Below, one piece after another: positions 55,378-64,000 of a DNA stretch of 64,000 bases. The notes below the pieces were generated by a model. That model had not been told where the DNA came from, searched no databases, and saw only the letters and a program-made list of their open reading frames with translations. Position 1 is the first letter of the stretch; the number at the start of each line of letters is the position of its first letter. Position numbers and translations under genes: made by a program. Source of the DNA: Gammaproteobacteria bacterium (GTDB taxonomy: Bacteria > Pseudomonadota > Gammaproteobacteria > Eutrophobiales > Eutrophobiaceae); the NCBI GenBank assembly GCA_965215365.1, contig CBDCDS010000003.1, positions 1,024,001 through 1,088,000 on the forward strand. Direction: 5' to 3'.

Positions 55378-55671
55378 TTGACTCCCAATGTGAAACGCCG
55401 ACTCTACCTTGCAGCCTACGACATCAGCAGCGCCAGTCGACTGCGGGCCGCACTGTATTTTCTGAAAGGGTTCGCCAGCGGTCGCCAGAAGTCTGTGTTT
55501 GAGTGCTTCCTGACAATGCCGGAACGCAAGGAGTTGGTAACAGGCATCAGTAACATCATTGAGCCGGACGAGGATCGTTTTTTATTGTTACCGCTGGCTT
55601 ATGGTGCCGGCATCGAAACTTTAGGCAGGGGTGTGGCACCGTCAGATGAATCCTATTACTACATAGGGTGA
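55378..55671 (+). CDS. cas2: CRISPR-associated Cas2 (first copy)
   Basis: YLAAYDI, QKSVFEC, ED motif. Confidence 0.88.
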   Translation: MTPNVKRRLYLAAYDISSASRLRAALYFLKGFASGRQKSVFECFLTMPERKELVTGISNIIEPDEDRFLLLPLAYGAGIETLGRGVAPSDESYYYIG

Positions 55672-56642
55672 ACAGTATGCTGACCCTGTTCATTGACCGT
55701 AAAAACCTGAAACTGGAACTCGATAATAAATGCCTTTTGGTGCGCCCACCCGGCGCTGTGGTTCAAAGCCTGCCCTTGAATATACTGGACCGTGTTGTCA
55801 TCCGCAGTCAGGTTGCCTTGGATAGTCGCCTGTTGGGAGCCTTGGGGCAGCACAACATTGGTCTGAGTATCATGTACGGCCGCAACGGTCGCCAACATTT
55901 GCAATTATTCAGTCCGGGACACAATGATGCGCGGCGTCGACTTGCCCAGTATGCGCTTTGGAACGATACGCAACGCCGCCTCGACTGGAGTCGCCACCTG
56001 GTGGATGCGAAAGTCTGCGCCCAACGAAGGCTTCTGGAGTACGCGCGTGCACGCCGCCCGGACTTGCGTCATCGACTCACCACCGCTCTGAAAAGTCTGA
56101 ACAATATTATGCCTTCTATTGACAAGGCCACCGACATTGAGGTTTTGCGCGGCCTGGAAGGTTCATCGGCAGCCGTTTACTTCACTGGTTTTCAAAACCT
56201 TTTTGCCGACGGCCTGACATTCACCGGGCGTAACCGACGCCCGCCACGAGATCCGGTTAATGCCTGCCTGTCCTTGGTATATACCATGATCCACAATGAA
56301 GCTGTGCGCGCCTGTCATGGCGCAGGACTGGACCCCTTGCTGGGTTTTTACCATGAACCGGCTTACGGTCGTGAATCCCTGGCCTGTGACATTATTGAAC
56401 CCCTGCGCCCACGGGTTGATCATTGGGTCTGGCAATTGTTTCGCAAGCGTTTGTTAAGAGAAGATAATTTCAGCCGTGAGGGTGGGAGTTGCCTGCTTAA
56501 CAAAAGCGGGCGCAGGATCTTTTTTGAGGGATATGAAACCGAAGCCACACCGTGGCGCCGTTACTTTCGTTTGCAAAGCTATCGCATGGCACGCGCCCTG
56601 TTACAACTTGCTCCGGACTTGCCTGAACTGGAGAGCTCGTGA
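55668..56642 (+). CDS. cas1: CRISPR-associated endonuclease Cas1
   Basis: LRGLEG (E), RNRRPPRDPVNACLS, GFYH (H), SLACDIIEP (D/E). Confidence 0.95.
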   Translation: MNSMLTLFIDRKNLKLELDNKCLLVRPPGAVVQSLPLNILDRVVIRSQVALDSRLLGALGQHNIGLSIMYGRNGRQHLQLFSPGHNDARRRLAQYALWNDTQRRLDWSRHLVDAKVCAQRRLLEYARARRPDLRHRLTTALKSLNNIMPSIDKATDIEVLRGLEGSSAAVYFTGFQNLFADGLTFTGRNRRPPRDPVNACLSLVYTMIHNEAVRACHGAGLDPLLGFYHEPAYGRESLACDIIEPLRPRVDHWVWQLFRKRLLREDNFSREGGSCLLNKSGRRIFFEGYETEATPWRRYFRLQSYRMARALLQLAPDLPELESS

Positions 56643-57403
56643 AACCTTGTTACATTCACGGCAAACAGGGTATGCAGATCAGGTTGGATGGTCCGGCACT
56701 GAGCGTCGACGTGCCTGGACAGTCTGCCGTGTTGACGCCGCTCTCCCGGATTTCCCGCATCGTTGTTTCCGGTTCGCCTGACTGTTCGGTGGCGGCTTTG
56801 CTTGCCTGTGCCGAACAAGGGATCACTATCACGTTCCTGCAACATGACGGCGCAGTCAGGGCGCAGTTATTTGGCAACAGCAAGACCCGAGGGGATTTAT
56901 TCACCCACTTGCGCGACCTGCTGGACCGTCCTGACTGGCCGGAGCACTACCAGCTCTGGCTGGAGTCTTCGGCTAGTCGTGCACGATGTGCGCTGTGCCG
57001 TAAATTGGGCTTGCAGCCAGACAGGTCGTCTGGCAGGCGACTGTCTTCGATTCTGAGCAGGCAGATGGATTATCTGATTGACCCGGGTAAACGGGGCTAC
57101 CTGCAACGCCGTCTGCGCGGCTTGTGTGTCGCCTTGGTCAATGAGGTATTACAGCAGGCAGGTCTTGACGCAACACGCTGCCGTTACTTGGAGCAACATC
57201 TTGACATACCGGGTGATTTCGCAAACCTGCTGGCTTTATCCCTGCAGTTGCCACTGATTGACTGGTTGAAGCGGCAATCACGAAATGAACGTATTGACGA
57301 CCGTGATGTGGTTGCGCTATTTGAGCGAAACAGTAAGAGGCTGGAAAATATTGCCCGGCGCTTGACCAGCCGCTTACATGGATTTTTGATTGACCTTACA
57401 TGA
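56639..57403 (+). CDS. Cas1-like protein (N-terminal beta domain kept, catalytic domain degenerate)
   Basis: PLSRISRIVVSG..ALLACAEQGITITF resembles the Cas1 N-terminus; no EG, NxxLS, H or D motifs seen. Confidence 0.6.
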   Translation: MKPCYIHGKQGMQIRLDGPALSVDVPGQSAVLTPLSRISRIVVSGSPDCSVAALLACAEQGITITFLQHDGAVRAQLFGNSKTRGDLFTHLRDLLDRPDWPEHYQLWLESSASRARCALCRKLGLQPDRSSGRRLSSILSRQMDYLIDPGKRGYLQRRLRGLCVALVNEVLQQAGLDATRCRYLEQHLDIPGDFANLLALSLQLPLIDWLKRQSRNERIDDRDVVALFERNSKRLENIARRLTSRLHGFLIDLT

Positions 57404-57717
57404 AGCAAAGACTCTATCTCATCGCTTATGATATTTCAGACCCTGGACGCCTTGGGCGCGTGGCCAGATACTTGAGCAAACACGCCTGCCGGGTGCAGTA
57501 TTCAGTGTTTGCCGCGCAGCTGAGCAAATCCCGCTTAAAGGGTTTGCTTTCTGAGCTTGAGGAGATAATAAACCCGGATCAGGATGACATCCGCGCCTAT
57601 CCATTGCCCGCCCGCGGTGAGGTAACGTTGTTGGGTCAACAATTCTTTGCAACCAGCGCGTTACTGGTGCAAAATGGCCCCTGTAGATTGGAACTTCTTG
57701 AAGACCCTGTCGCCTGA
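57400..57717 (+). CDS. cas2: CRISPR-associated Cas2 (second copy)
   Basis: YLIAYDISDPGRL, RVQYSVF, DDIRAYPL. Confidence 0.92.
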   Translation: MKQRLYLIAYDISDPGRLGRVARYLSKHACRVQYSVFAAQLSKSRLKGLLSELEEIINPDQDDIRAYPLPARGEVTLLGQQFFATSALLVQNGPCRLELLEDPVA

Positions 57718-57904
57718 AATAGTCTCTGACTTTTGCGTGATAGGTGAACGTGAGGATTTTGTTGCTCTTTCAAAATCTGGCATTGGATTGAATCAATCTG
57801 TGAAAAATGGTAGCTTGGCTGTGCGGCTGCTCTCGCAGCAGGCTGTTTTTTCTGCAATCACCCTTGTAAGTGATTGTTTGAAAAAGTTCTTCTTGGCGCG
57901 GGGG
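57718..57904 (+). promoter_or_regulatory. CRISPR leader
   Basis: AT-rich non-coding region between cas2 and the first repeat; IHF-like site TAAGTGATTGTTT at 57867-57879 (1 mismatch). Confidence 0.75.
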
Positions 57905-60238
57905 GTTTGAACCGCAGACCTGATTAAGAAGGGATTAAGACCCGGTGGAGCACGAAAAACAAAACTCGCCCATCATGGTTTGAACCGCAGACCTGATTAA
58001 GAAGGGATTAAGACAAAGGTTGGCGTCGATGAGGTCGGCGTGGCTCAAGTGTTTGAACCGCAGACCTGATTAAGAAGGGATTAAGACCCCAGATTGGCGC
58101 CTTCTAGGTTGGCGGCGCTCAGGTCGTTTGAACCGCAGACCTGATTAAGAAGGGATTAAGACCAGCGCATGATCGACTATTTCGATCATGCGCTGTTCGT
58201 TTGAACCGCAGACCTGATTAAGAAGGGATTAAGACATTGTGCGCTGGGGGTATGATATAATTGCGATGTTTGAACCGCAGACCTGATTAAGAAGGGATTA
58301 AGACCAAGTTGGCGCCGGTGAGGTCGGCGTCTTCCAAGTTGTTTGAACCGCAGACCTGATTAAGAAGGGATTAAGACGGTGAGGTTGGCGCGTTTCAGGT
58401 TGGCGCCATCTAGGTTTGAACCGCAGACCTGATTAAGAAGGGATTAAGACTCACATAACCTGTGGTGATCAGGTTATGTTCTTCTGTTTGAACCGCAGAC
58501 CTGATTAAGAAGGGATTAAGACTTTCAATCATGCGCTGCTCTTCGGAAAGCCTAGCTGTTTGAACCGCAGACCTGATTAAGAAGGGATTAAGACCGCTAA
58601 TTTGTGGTTTAAGAAAAAAGTCATGGTGACGTTTGAACCGCAGACCTGATTAAGAAGGGATTAAGACCATACAGCTTGTCTCCCTTTTTGACGTATTGGT
58701 TGTTTGAACCGCAGACCTGATTAAGAAGGGATTAAGACCAGCAGCGCTTGATCGACTATTTCAATCATGCGCTGCGTTTGAACCGCAGACCTGATTAAGA
58801 AGGGATTAAGACCCTTCTTTAACTCGGCTTGCCATTCCCGCCGAGGTTTGAACCGCAGACCTGATTAAGAAGGGATTAAGACTTCCTTGAACAAAACATT
58901 CCCCCACATCAGGCTGTTTGAACCGCAGACCTGATTAAGAAGGGATTAAGACGGCGCCTGTCAGGTTGGCGCCTTCCAACTTGGTTTGAACCGCAGACCT
59001 GATTAAGAAGGGATTAAGACTGATGGGCTTCCCGAATTTATCGCTCAAGTAGTCTAAAGTTTGAACCGCAGACCTGATTAAGAAGGGATTAAGACTCTTG
59101 GCGCCGGCGAGTTTGGCGTCTTCCAACTTGGTTTGAACCGCAGACCTGATTAAGAAGGGATTAAGACAATAGGGCGGAATTTAAGGCCGCCGGATTTTTG
59201 GGTTTGAACCGCAGACCTGATTAAGAAGGGATTAAGACTTGGCGCAGTAGAGGTTGGTGCCTTCCATCTTGTTTGAACCGCAGACCTGATTAAGAAGGGA
59301 TTAAGACGCTTCTTTACGATCTTCTTTGCTTCTTTTTTGCTGTGTTTGAACCGCAGACCTGATTAAGAAGGGATTAAGACGCGCCGAATGCAATGGAGAT
59401 TCTCGCGAATCACGATCAGTTTGAACCGCAGACCTGATTAAGAAGGGATTAAGACGCTCCTCGTAGTCCATCCTGTCGTCGATTTTGGTCGTTTGAACCG
59501 CAGACCTGATTAAGAAGGGATTAAGACGTACGCTGTTGGCTCCCTACTTCTGCCTGTGACGCCGTTTGAACCGCAGACCTGATTAAGAAGGGATTAAGAC
59601 AAAAAAGCGCCAAGCGCAAATCTACCGAAACTGAAGAGTTTGAACCGCAGACCTGATTAAGAAGGGATTAAGACGCACAGCGCTGCCGATCCACCGATTG
59701 ATATGGTGGTGTTTGAACCGCAGACCTGATTAAGAAGGGATTAAGACTCATCATCATGTATAGGCCTTTTTTGTGTAATTATTGTTTGAACCGCAGACCT
59801 GATTAAGAAGGGATTAAGACGCCTCTGATTGTTGCGCCTCAACCTGATCATTGGTTTGAACCGCAGACCTGATTAAGAAGGGATTAAGACGACAGAATGT
59901 TACGTTTTCTAGTCGGGCAGCAACGTTTGAACCGCAGACCTGATTAAGAAGGGATTAAGACGAGGTCGGCGCCGTTCAGGTTGGCGCCAGTGAGGGTTGT
60001 TTGAACCGCAGACCTGATTAAGAAGGGATTAAGACTTGGTGATCCCGTTGATGTTGTTGCCGGACAAGGTTTGAACCGCAGACCTGATTAAGAAGGGATT
60101 AAGACATTAATGGGAAAAGTCAAGTGATTTTTCACCGCCGAAGTTTGAACCGCAGACCTGATTAAGAAGGGATTAAGACGGCATCTCCTCTAGTAGGTTT
60201 TAAGTTAAATGGAAGGTTGAACCGCAGACCTGATTAAG
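57905..60238 (+). CRISPR. Type III CRISPR array: 32 identical 37-bp repeats + truncated terminal repeat, 32 spacers (31-38 bp)
   Basis: Repeat GTTTGAACCGCAGACCTGATTAAGAAGGGATTAAGAC; the 3' ATTAAGAC tag, leader position and degenerate last repeat all indicate + orientation. Confidence 0.99.
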
Positions 60239-60337
60239 TCGCTTATTGCCTTGTGAAACATGATTGCTCTCAATAAGTTATGATCATACTGCTACTCTTT
60301 CCGCATAACCCACTGCGCTTGATGCGCCCTCGCTGGT
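60237..60337 (+). repeat. 101-bp dispersed repeat, copy 2, abutting the truncated last CRISPR repeat
   Basis: About 93% identical to 3349-3449. Confidence 0.85.
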
Positions 60338-60338
60338 C

Positions 60339-60420
60339 TTGGTTCTGCCTGCGGGCACGTGCTTGTTCAACCATAGCTACCGCTATGCTTATCGTCGCAG
60401 GCACCCGCAGGCAGAACCAA
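60339..60420. terminator. 17-bp inverted repeat between the array and convergent rsmB
   Basis: TTGGTTCTGCCTGCGGG (60339-60355) / CCCGCAGGCAGAACCAA (60404-60420); long loop, no clear U-tract. Confidence 0.35.
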
Positions 60421-60459
60421 TCCGGCGCGATCTTCGCATCACTGGGTGAGATCTGCGGG

Positions 60460-61779
60460 CTAAACATCCGTCCGGGTCAACGCCGCGTAGTAAAACCCGT
60501 CGGTGTCGTCCGGGCCGGGCAGCAGTTGGCGGCCGTACTTTGTGGGGGTTCCCCATGTTGCCCGGATGGTTGCAGGGTTGGCCTGCGGTTGTCGGTTCAG
60601 GAACGTCTTGATCACTGCGTCGTTTTCCGCGCGCAGCAGCGAGCAGGTGGCATAGAGCAGGTGGCCGCCTGGCTTCAATAACGGCCACAGGGCGTTCAGC
60701 AGTTCGGTCTGTGCGGATTGCAGTTTGGGGAGTTGCGCCGGCGCCTTTAACCGTTTGATGTCGGGATGGCGACGGATGACGCCGGTGGCGCTGCATGGGG
60801 CGTCCAGCAGGATGCGGTCAAACGGGCGGCCGTCCCACCAGGCAGCCGTGTCGGTGGCATCGGCGCGGATAACGTTTGCGCTCAGGTGCAGCCGGTTCAG
60901 GGTGGCACGGAGTCTCCGGATGCGATGTTCATCCACCTCCAGCGCCGTCAGACTGCTGAGTTGCGGTTGCGTCTCAAGGAGCTGGGCGGTTTTGCCGCCG
61001 GGCGCCGCGCACGCGTCCAGTACCAGGTCGTCGGGTTGCGCCTGCAACAGGCTTGCGGCCAACTGTGCGCCGGCGTCCTGTACCGATACGTGACCCTGGT
61101 TAAAGCCGGGTAGTTGATTCACGTCAACCGGTTCCAGTACCCATATACCGCCGGGTGTCAGGGCCAGCGCCTGTGCGGGAATACCGGCCTGCGCCAGCTC
61201 GTTCAGATAGTCTGCCCGGGTCGTGCGTAGCAGGTTGACCCGCAGGTGTTGTGGCGGGCGCCGGTTGTGAGCCTGTAGTACGGCTTGCCAATGTGCCGGC
61301 CAGTCGGCCTTGAGCCGGTCGATGAGCCAGGGCGGGTGGGCATAGCGCGCCGCCGGGCGCTGTTCCAGTTCCACCATGAGCTGCTCATAGTCGCGTTGGG
61401 AACGGCGCAGCAGGGCATTGACCAACGGTTTCGCCCAGTCCTTGCCCAACCCGGCCGTGGCCGCCACCGTGGCCGAGACCGCCGCATGAGCGGGCGTGTT
61501 CAGGTGGTGCAACTGGTACAGTCCGACCAAGATAAGCATTCTGAGATCGGTATCTTTGTGCTTGAGCGGCTTGTCTAGGTAGTGGTCGAGAATCCACTCG
61601 AGTTGCTCGAACCAGCGCAAGGTGCCGAAGCACAGTTCCTTGACGAAGCTGCGATCGTCAGCGCGGTCAATTCTGTACAGATATTGTTCCAGCGCCGCGT
61701 CCAGCGTGAGGCGGTCCTGCACAACCCGGCACAGTGCTGCGGCCGCAAGCGCCCTGGTGTGTTGTCCCGAGAACGGCAC
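60460..61779 (-). CDS. rsmB: 16S rRNA m5C967 methyltransferase
   Basis: NusB-like N-terminus, VQD, DACAAPGGKT, DAPCSATG, YATCS. Confidence 0.96.
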   Translation of the reverse strand: MPFSGQHTRALAAAALCRVVQDRLTLDAALEQYLYRIDRADDRSFVKELCFGTLRWFEQLEWILDHYLDKPLKHKDTDLRMLILVGLYQLHHLNTPAHAAVSATVAATAGLGKDWAKPLVNALLRRSQRDYEQLMVELEQRPAARYAHPPWLIDRLKADWPAHWQAVLQAHNRRPPQHLRVNLLRTTRADYLNELAQAGIPAQALALTPGGIWVLEPVDVNQLPGFNQGHVSVQDAGAQLAASLLQAQPDDLVLDACAAPGGKTAQLLETQPQLSSLTALEVDEHRIRRLRATLNRLHLSANVIRADATDTAAWWDGRPFDRILLDAPCSATGVIRRHPDIKRLKAPAQLPKLQSAQTELLNALWPLLKPGGHLLYATCSLLRAENDAVIKTFLNRQPQANPATIRATWGTPTKYGRQLLPGPDDTDGFYYAALTRTDV

Positions 61780-61785
61780 CGGCAG

Positions 61786-62727
61786 TCATCGACCCGGGGC
61801 AAACAGGTCCGGGTAACCGTTATAAATCTCCTTGATGCCCTGTTGCTTTTTTCCTTCTAGTTGCAGGCGCAGGATGCGCAAGGGATGATCTCCCGTGCCG
61901 ACATCCAGCCCCTGCGGGCCGTAGGCAATAATTTGCCCGCCCGTGCCGTGTGCCCCCGTGCCGTGTACCGTTCCTGCAGCCAGCGTCTGCGCCTGCCAGA
62001 CTCGTAGTTTCACGTTGTGCAGGCGGGTATGGGCGACCGGCGCCGGATTGAAGGCACGCACGTTGCGTTCAATCTGTGCCGCCGGCAAACCCCAGTCGAT
62101 GCCGGCCTCCTGTTTGGTGACCTTGTGGGCGTAAGTCGCCAGGGCCTCATCCTGCGCCTGCGGTTTGCCAGAGCCTGCGTCCAGTGCCGCCAACGCCTCA
62201 AGCAGGCAGTCGGCCCCCAGCGTTGCCAGGCGCGCCGCCAGCGACAAGCCGGTATCGGCAGGGTCGATAGCGCATGCTTTTTGCAACAGGATATTGCCGG
62301 TGTCGATGCCGGCATCCATCAGCATAATAGATATGCCGGTGTGTGCATCCCCCACCTGCAGTGCCCGCTGGATGGGCGCGGCACCGCGCCATCTGGGCAG
62401 CAGCGACGCATGCACGTTGATACAGCCGTGGCGGGGGCTGGATAACACCGCTGCCGGAACGATCATGCCGTAGGCGGCGACGATCAGCGCCTCAATGTCG
62501 TCCCGATCCGCGTCCTGCGCCAGTTGCGCCGGGGTAACGGGCTGTTTGACCGGGACTGCATAGCGCTGTGCAAGCTCTTTGACGGGGCTGGGGCGGGTTT
62601 TCCGGCCGCGTCCTGCGGGCCGGTCCGGTTGGGTATAGACCTGCAGGACCTGGTGTTGCGGACTGTCAAGCAGCGCCTGGAGAATGACGGCCGCAAGCTG
62701 CGGTGTGCCGGCAAAAGAGAGCTTCAC
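61786..62727 (-). CDS. fmt: Methionyl-tRNA formyltransferase
   Basis: [33 protein letters not shown]. Confidence 0.97.
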   Translation of the reverse strand: MKLSFAGTPQLAAVILQALLDSPQHQVLQVYTQPDRPAGRGRKTRPSPVKELAQRYAVPVKQPVTPAQLAQDADRDDIEALIVAAYGMIVPAAVLSSPRHGCINVHASLLPRWRGAAPIQRALQVGDAHTGISIMLMDAGIDTGNILLQKACAIDPADTGLSLAARLATLGADCLLEALAALDAGSGKPQAQDEALATYAHKVTKQEAGIDWGLPAAQIERNVRAFNPAPVAHTRLHNVKLRVWQAQTLAAGTVHGTGAHGTGGQIIAYGPQGLDVGTGDHPLRILRLQLEGKKQQGIKEIYNGYPDLFAPGR

Positions 62728-63227
62728 GAGCGAATCTTGTTCTGTTTCTCGATTTTTTTACGCAAGCGCTGCCGTTTAATCGGGGACAGATAATCAATAA
62801 ACAGCTTGCCGTCAAGGTGGTCGATTTCGTGCTGGATGCAGACTGCGCGCAAGCCCTCGGCTTCGGCTTCGGCTGCTGCGCCGTCCGTATCAAGATAACG
62901 GTAGGTGATCTGTTCTGCGCGTTGCACCGGAGCGGTATAGCCGGGCACCGACAGGCAGCCTTCTTCCATTTCCTCCGTGCCGGTCTTGTGCGTGACCTCC
63001 GGGTTGATCAGGATCAACGGTTCATTTCTTTGTTTGGACAAGTCCATCACGACCACCCGTTGCTGCACGTTCACCTGAGTGGCGGCCAGACCGATGCCGT
63101 TCTCCGCGTACATGGTTTCTAGCATATCTGCCGCAAGCTGCCTAACCCCCGCATCCACCGCCGCGACCGGACGCGCCTTGTTACGCAGACGGGGGTCGGG
63201 AAAATGTAACACGGTTAATTTTGACAT
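62724..63227 (-). CDS. def: Peptide deformylase
   Basis: [22 protein letters not shown]. Confidence 0.97.
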   Translation of the reverse strand: MSKLTVLHFPDPRLRNKARPVAAVDAGVRQLAADMLETMYAENGIGLAATQVNVQQRVVVMDLSKQRNEPLILINPEVTHKTGTEEMEEGCLSVPGYTAPVQRAEQITYRYLDTDGAAAEAEAEGLRAVCIQHEIDHLDGKLFIDYLSPIKRQRLRKKIEKQNKIRS

Positions 63228-63299
63228 CGGCTGCACCACTTTGGTATTATCCACGAAAAAACACTCAGAGTTCAACTCTAACCGCACGGGAGAAGCGTC

Positions 63300-64000
63300 A
63301 TGCGTGATAAATTCGTGGGAACACTTGATCAGGTTGCCGACTATCTTGCTGCTCTTAAGTGGTTCTCCCAAAGTAAGTCCATTCTTGTGGATGTCTCGCG
63401 CTTGGATGCCGCCGGGCAAGTTCTGGCGCGTGAGACTCTCGACTTATACTCGCAAGCTACTGGTTTGCGCTTCGTTGAGTCCAGTCTCCATATCGGTGCG
63501 CCCGGCATTATTTTCGACGACGAACAGGCGGGCGGATACGCGCAGATGGTGTACACGCTTCCTGACGGCGAGTTGAAAACCGTCCTCGTTAACATTTACA
63601 AATCAGAGGCAGCGCGCCCTAAGCACTGGGCGCTCTACACATATCTTCACGAGGTTGGCCATGCGCTCGGCCTGAGGCATCCAGGCCCTTACAAGGGCGG
63701 CTACGGCACCGGCAATCACTTTGTGAACGACAGCATCCAGCTCACGGTGATGTCCTATTTCAACCAGCAGCAGAACACCTGGCTCGATGCCGACCGGGCC
63801 TATCCGGTCACGCCCATGGCGGCAGACATTCTGGCCCTTGAGAAGTTGTACGGCGACAGCAACGCCGTCCGTACCGGCGACACCGTGTATGGCTTTAACT
63901 CCAATGCCGGCGGCTACTTTGACAAGATTGCCGGGATCATGAAGGGCATCACACCGTCGTTGAGTCAGGCGACGCTGGCCTTCACCCTCATCGACGACGG
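63300..64000 (+). CDS. M10/serralysin-like zinc metalloprotease (3' truncated by window; absent from the ORF track)
   Basis: Manual translation from ATG 63300: [15 protein letters not shown] zinc motif, TVMSYF Met-turn, [23 protein letters not shown]. Confidence 0.85.
   Translation, partial: MRDKFVGTLDQVADYLAALKWFSQSKSILVDVSRLDAAGQVLARETLDLYSQATGLRFVESSLHIGAPGIIFDDEQAGGYAQMVYTLPDGELKTVLVNIYKSEAARPKHWALYTYLHEVGHALGLRHPGPYKGGYGTGNHFVNDSIQLTVMSYFNQQQNTWLDADRAYPVTPMAADILALEKLYGDSNAVRTGDTVYGFNSNAGGYFDKIAGIMKGITPSLSQATLAFTLIDD

Noticed and set aside
55378-57717. RT-Cas1 RNA spacer acquisition as the cause of strand bias
   Set aside because: No reverse transcriptase motif (YADD-like) seen in the locus; an RT elsewhere in the genome cannot be excluded.
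58163-58557. Hairpin spacers as hammerhead ribozyme targets
   Set aside because: Reverse complements show GAAGA before a stem, but the required CUGANGA and downstream GAAA are not matched within the visible sequence.
58935-59126. 63-aa ORF on the - strand inside the array
   Set aside because: Chance read-through of repeats and spacers; its pentapeptide-like pieces come from the spacers.

Overview
GC-rich chromosomal window whose gene content and order look gammaproteobacterial. The housekeeping backbone is uppP, hslVU, ubiE-ubiJ-ubiB, ctpA-gpmI, secB-gpsA, a polyamine-type ABC transporter, pyrD, trkHA-ntrXY-DUF4390 and rsmB-fmt-def. Accessory DNA interrupts it at several points. (1) A ~16.4 kb type III-A CRISPR-Cas island sits between DUF4390 and rsmB: cas6, CARF-wHTH, cas10, csm2-5, MNT-HEPN, a frameshifted CARF-HEPN, cas2-cas1-cas1-like-cas2, and an array of 32 full repeats plus one truncated repeat. 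(2) A decayed defence island carries a RelBE-like TA pair, a RAYT transposase with REP arrays inside collapsed DUF1156/DUF499 remnants, and a Fic gene. (3) Three paralogous secreted beta-helix genes flank ubiJB. (4) There is an orphan CcrM-like methyltransferase and an Orf5/OrfY-like ATP-grasp pair. The most notable observations are four. Eight of 32 spacers are antisense to pentapeptide-repeat coding sequence, and four more hit hairpin-forming sequence. A GGCAAGCTTGC(C) palindrome precedes each of the three cas modules, next to a CARF-wHTH protein that is a candidate cOA-responsive regulator. A ~160 bp five-hairpin mobile element shows compensatory base changes, and its ends mark accessory-gene boundaries. 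Several genes have collapsed by microhomology-mediated deletion. All calls come from manual motif recognition; no database searches were run.
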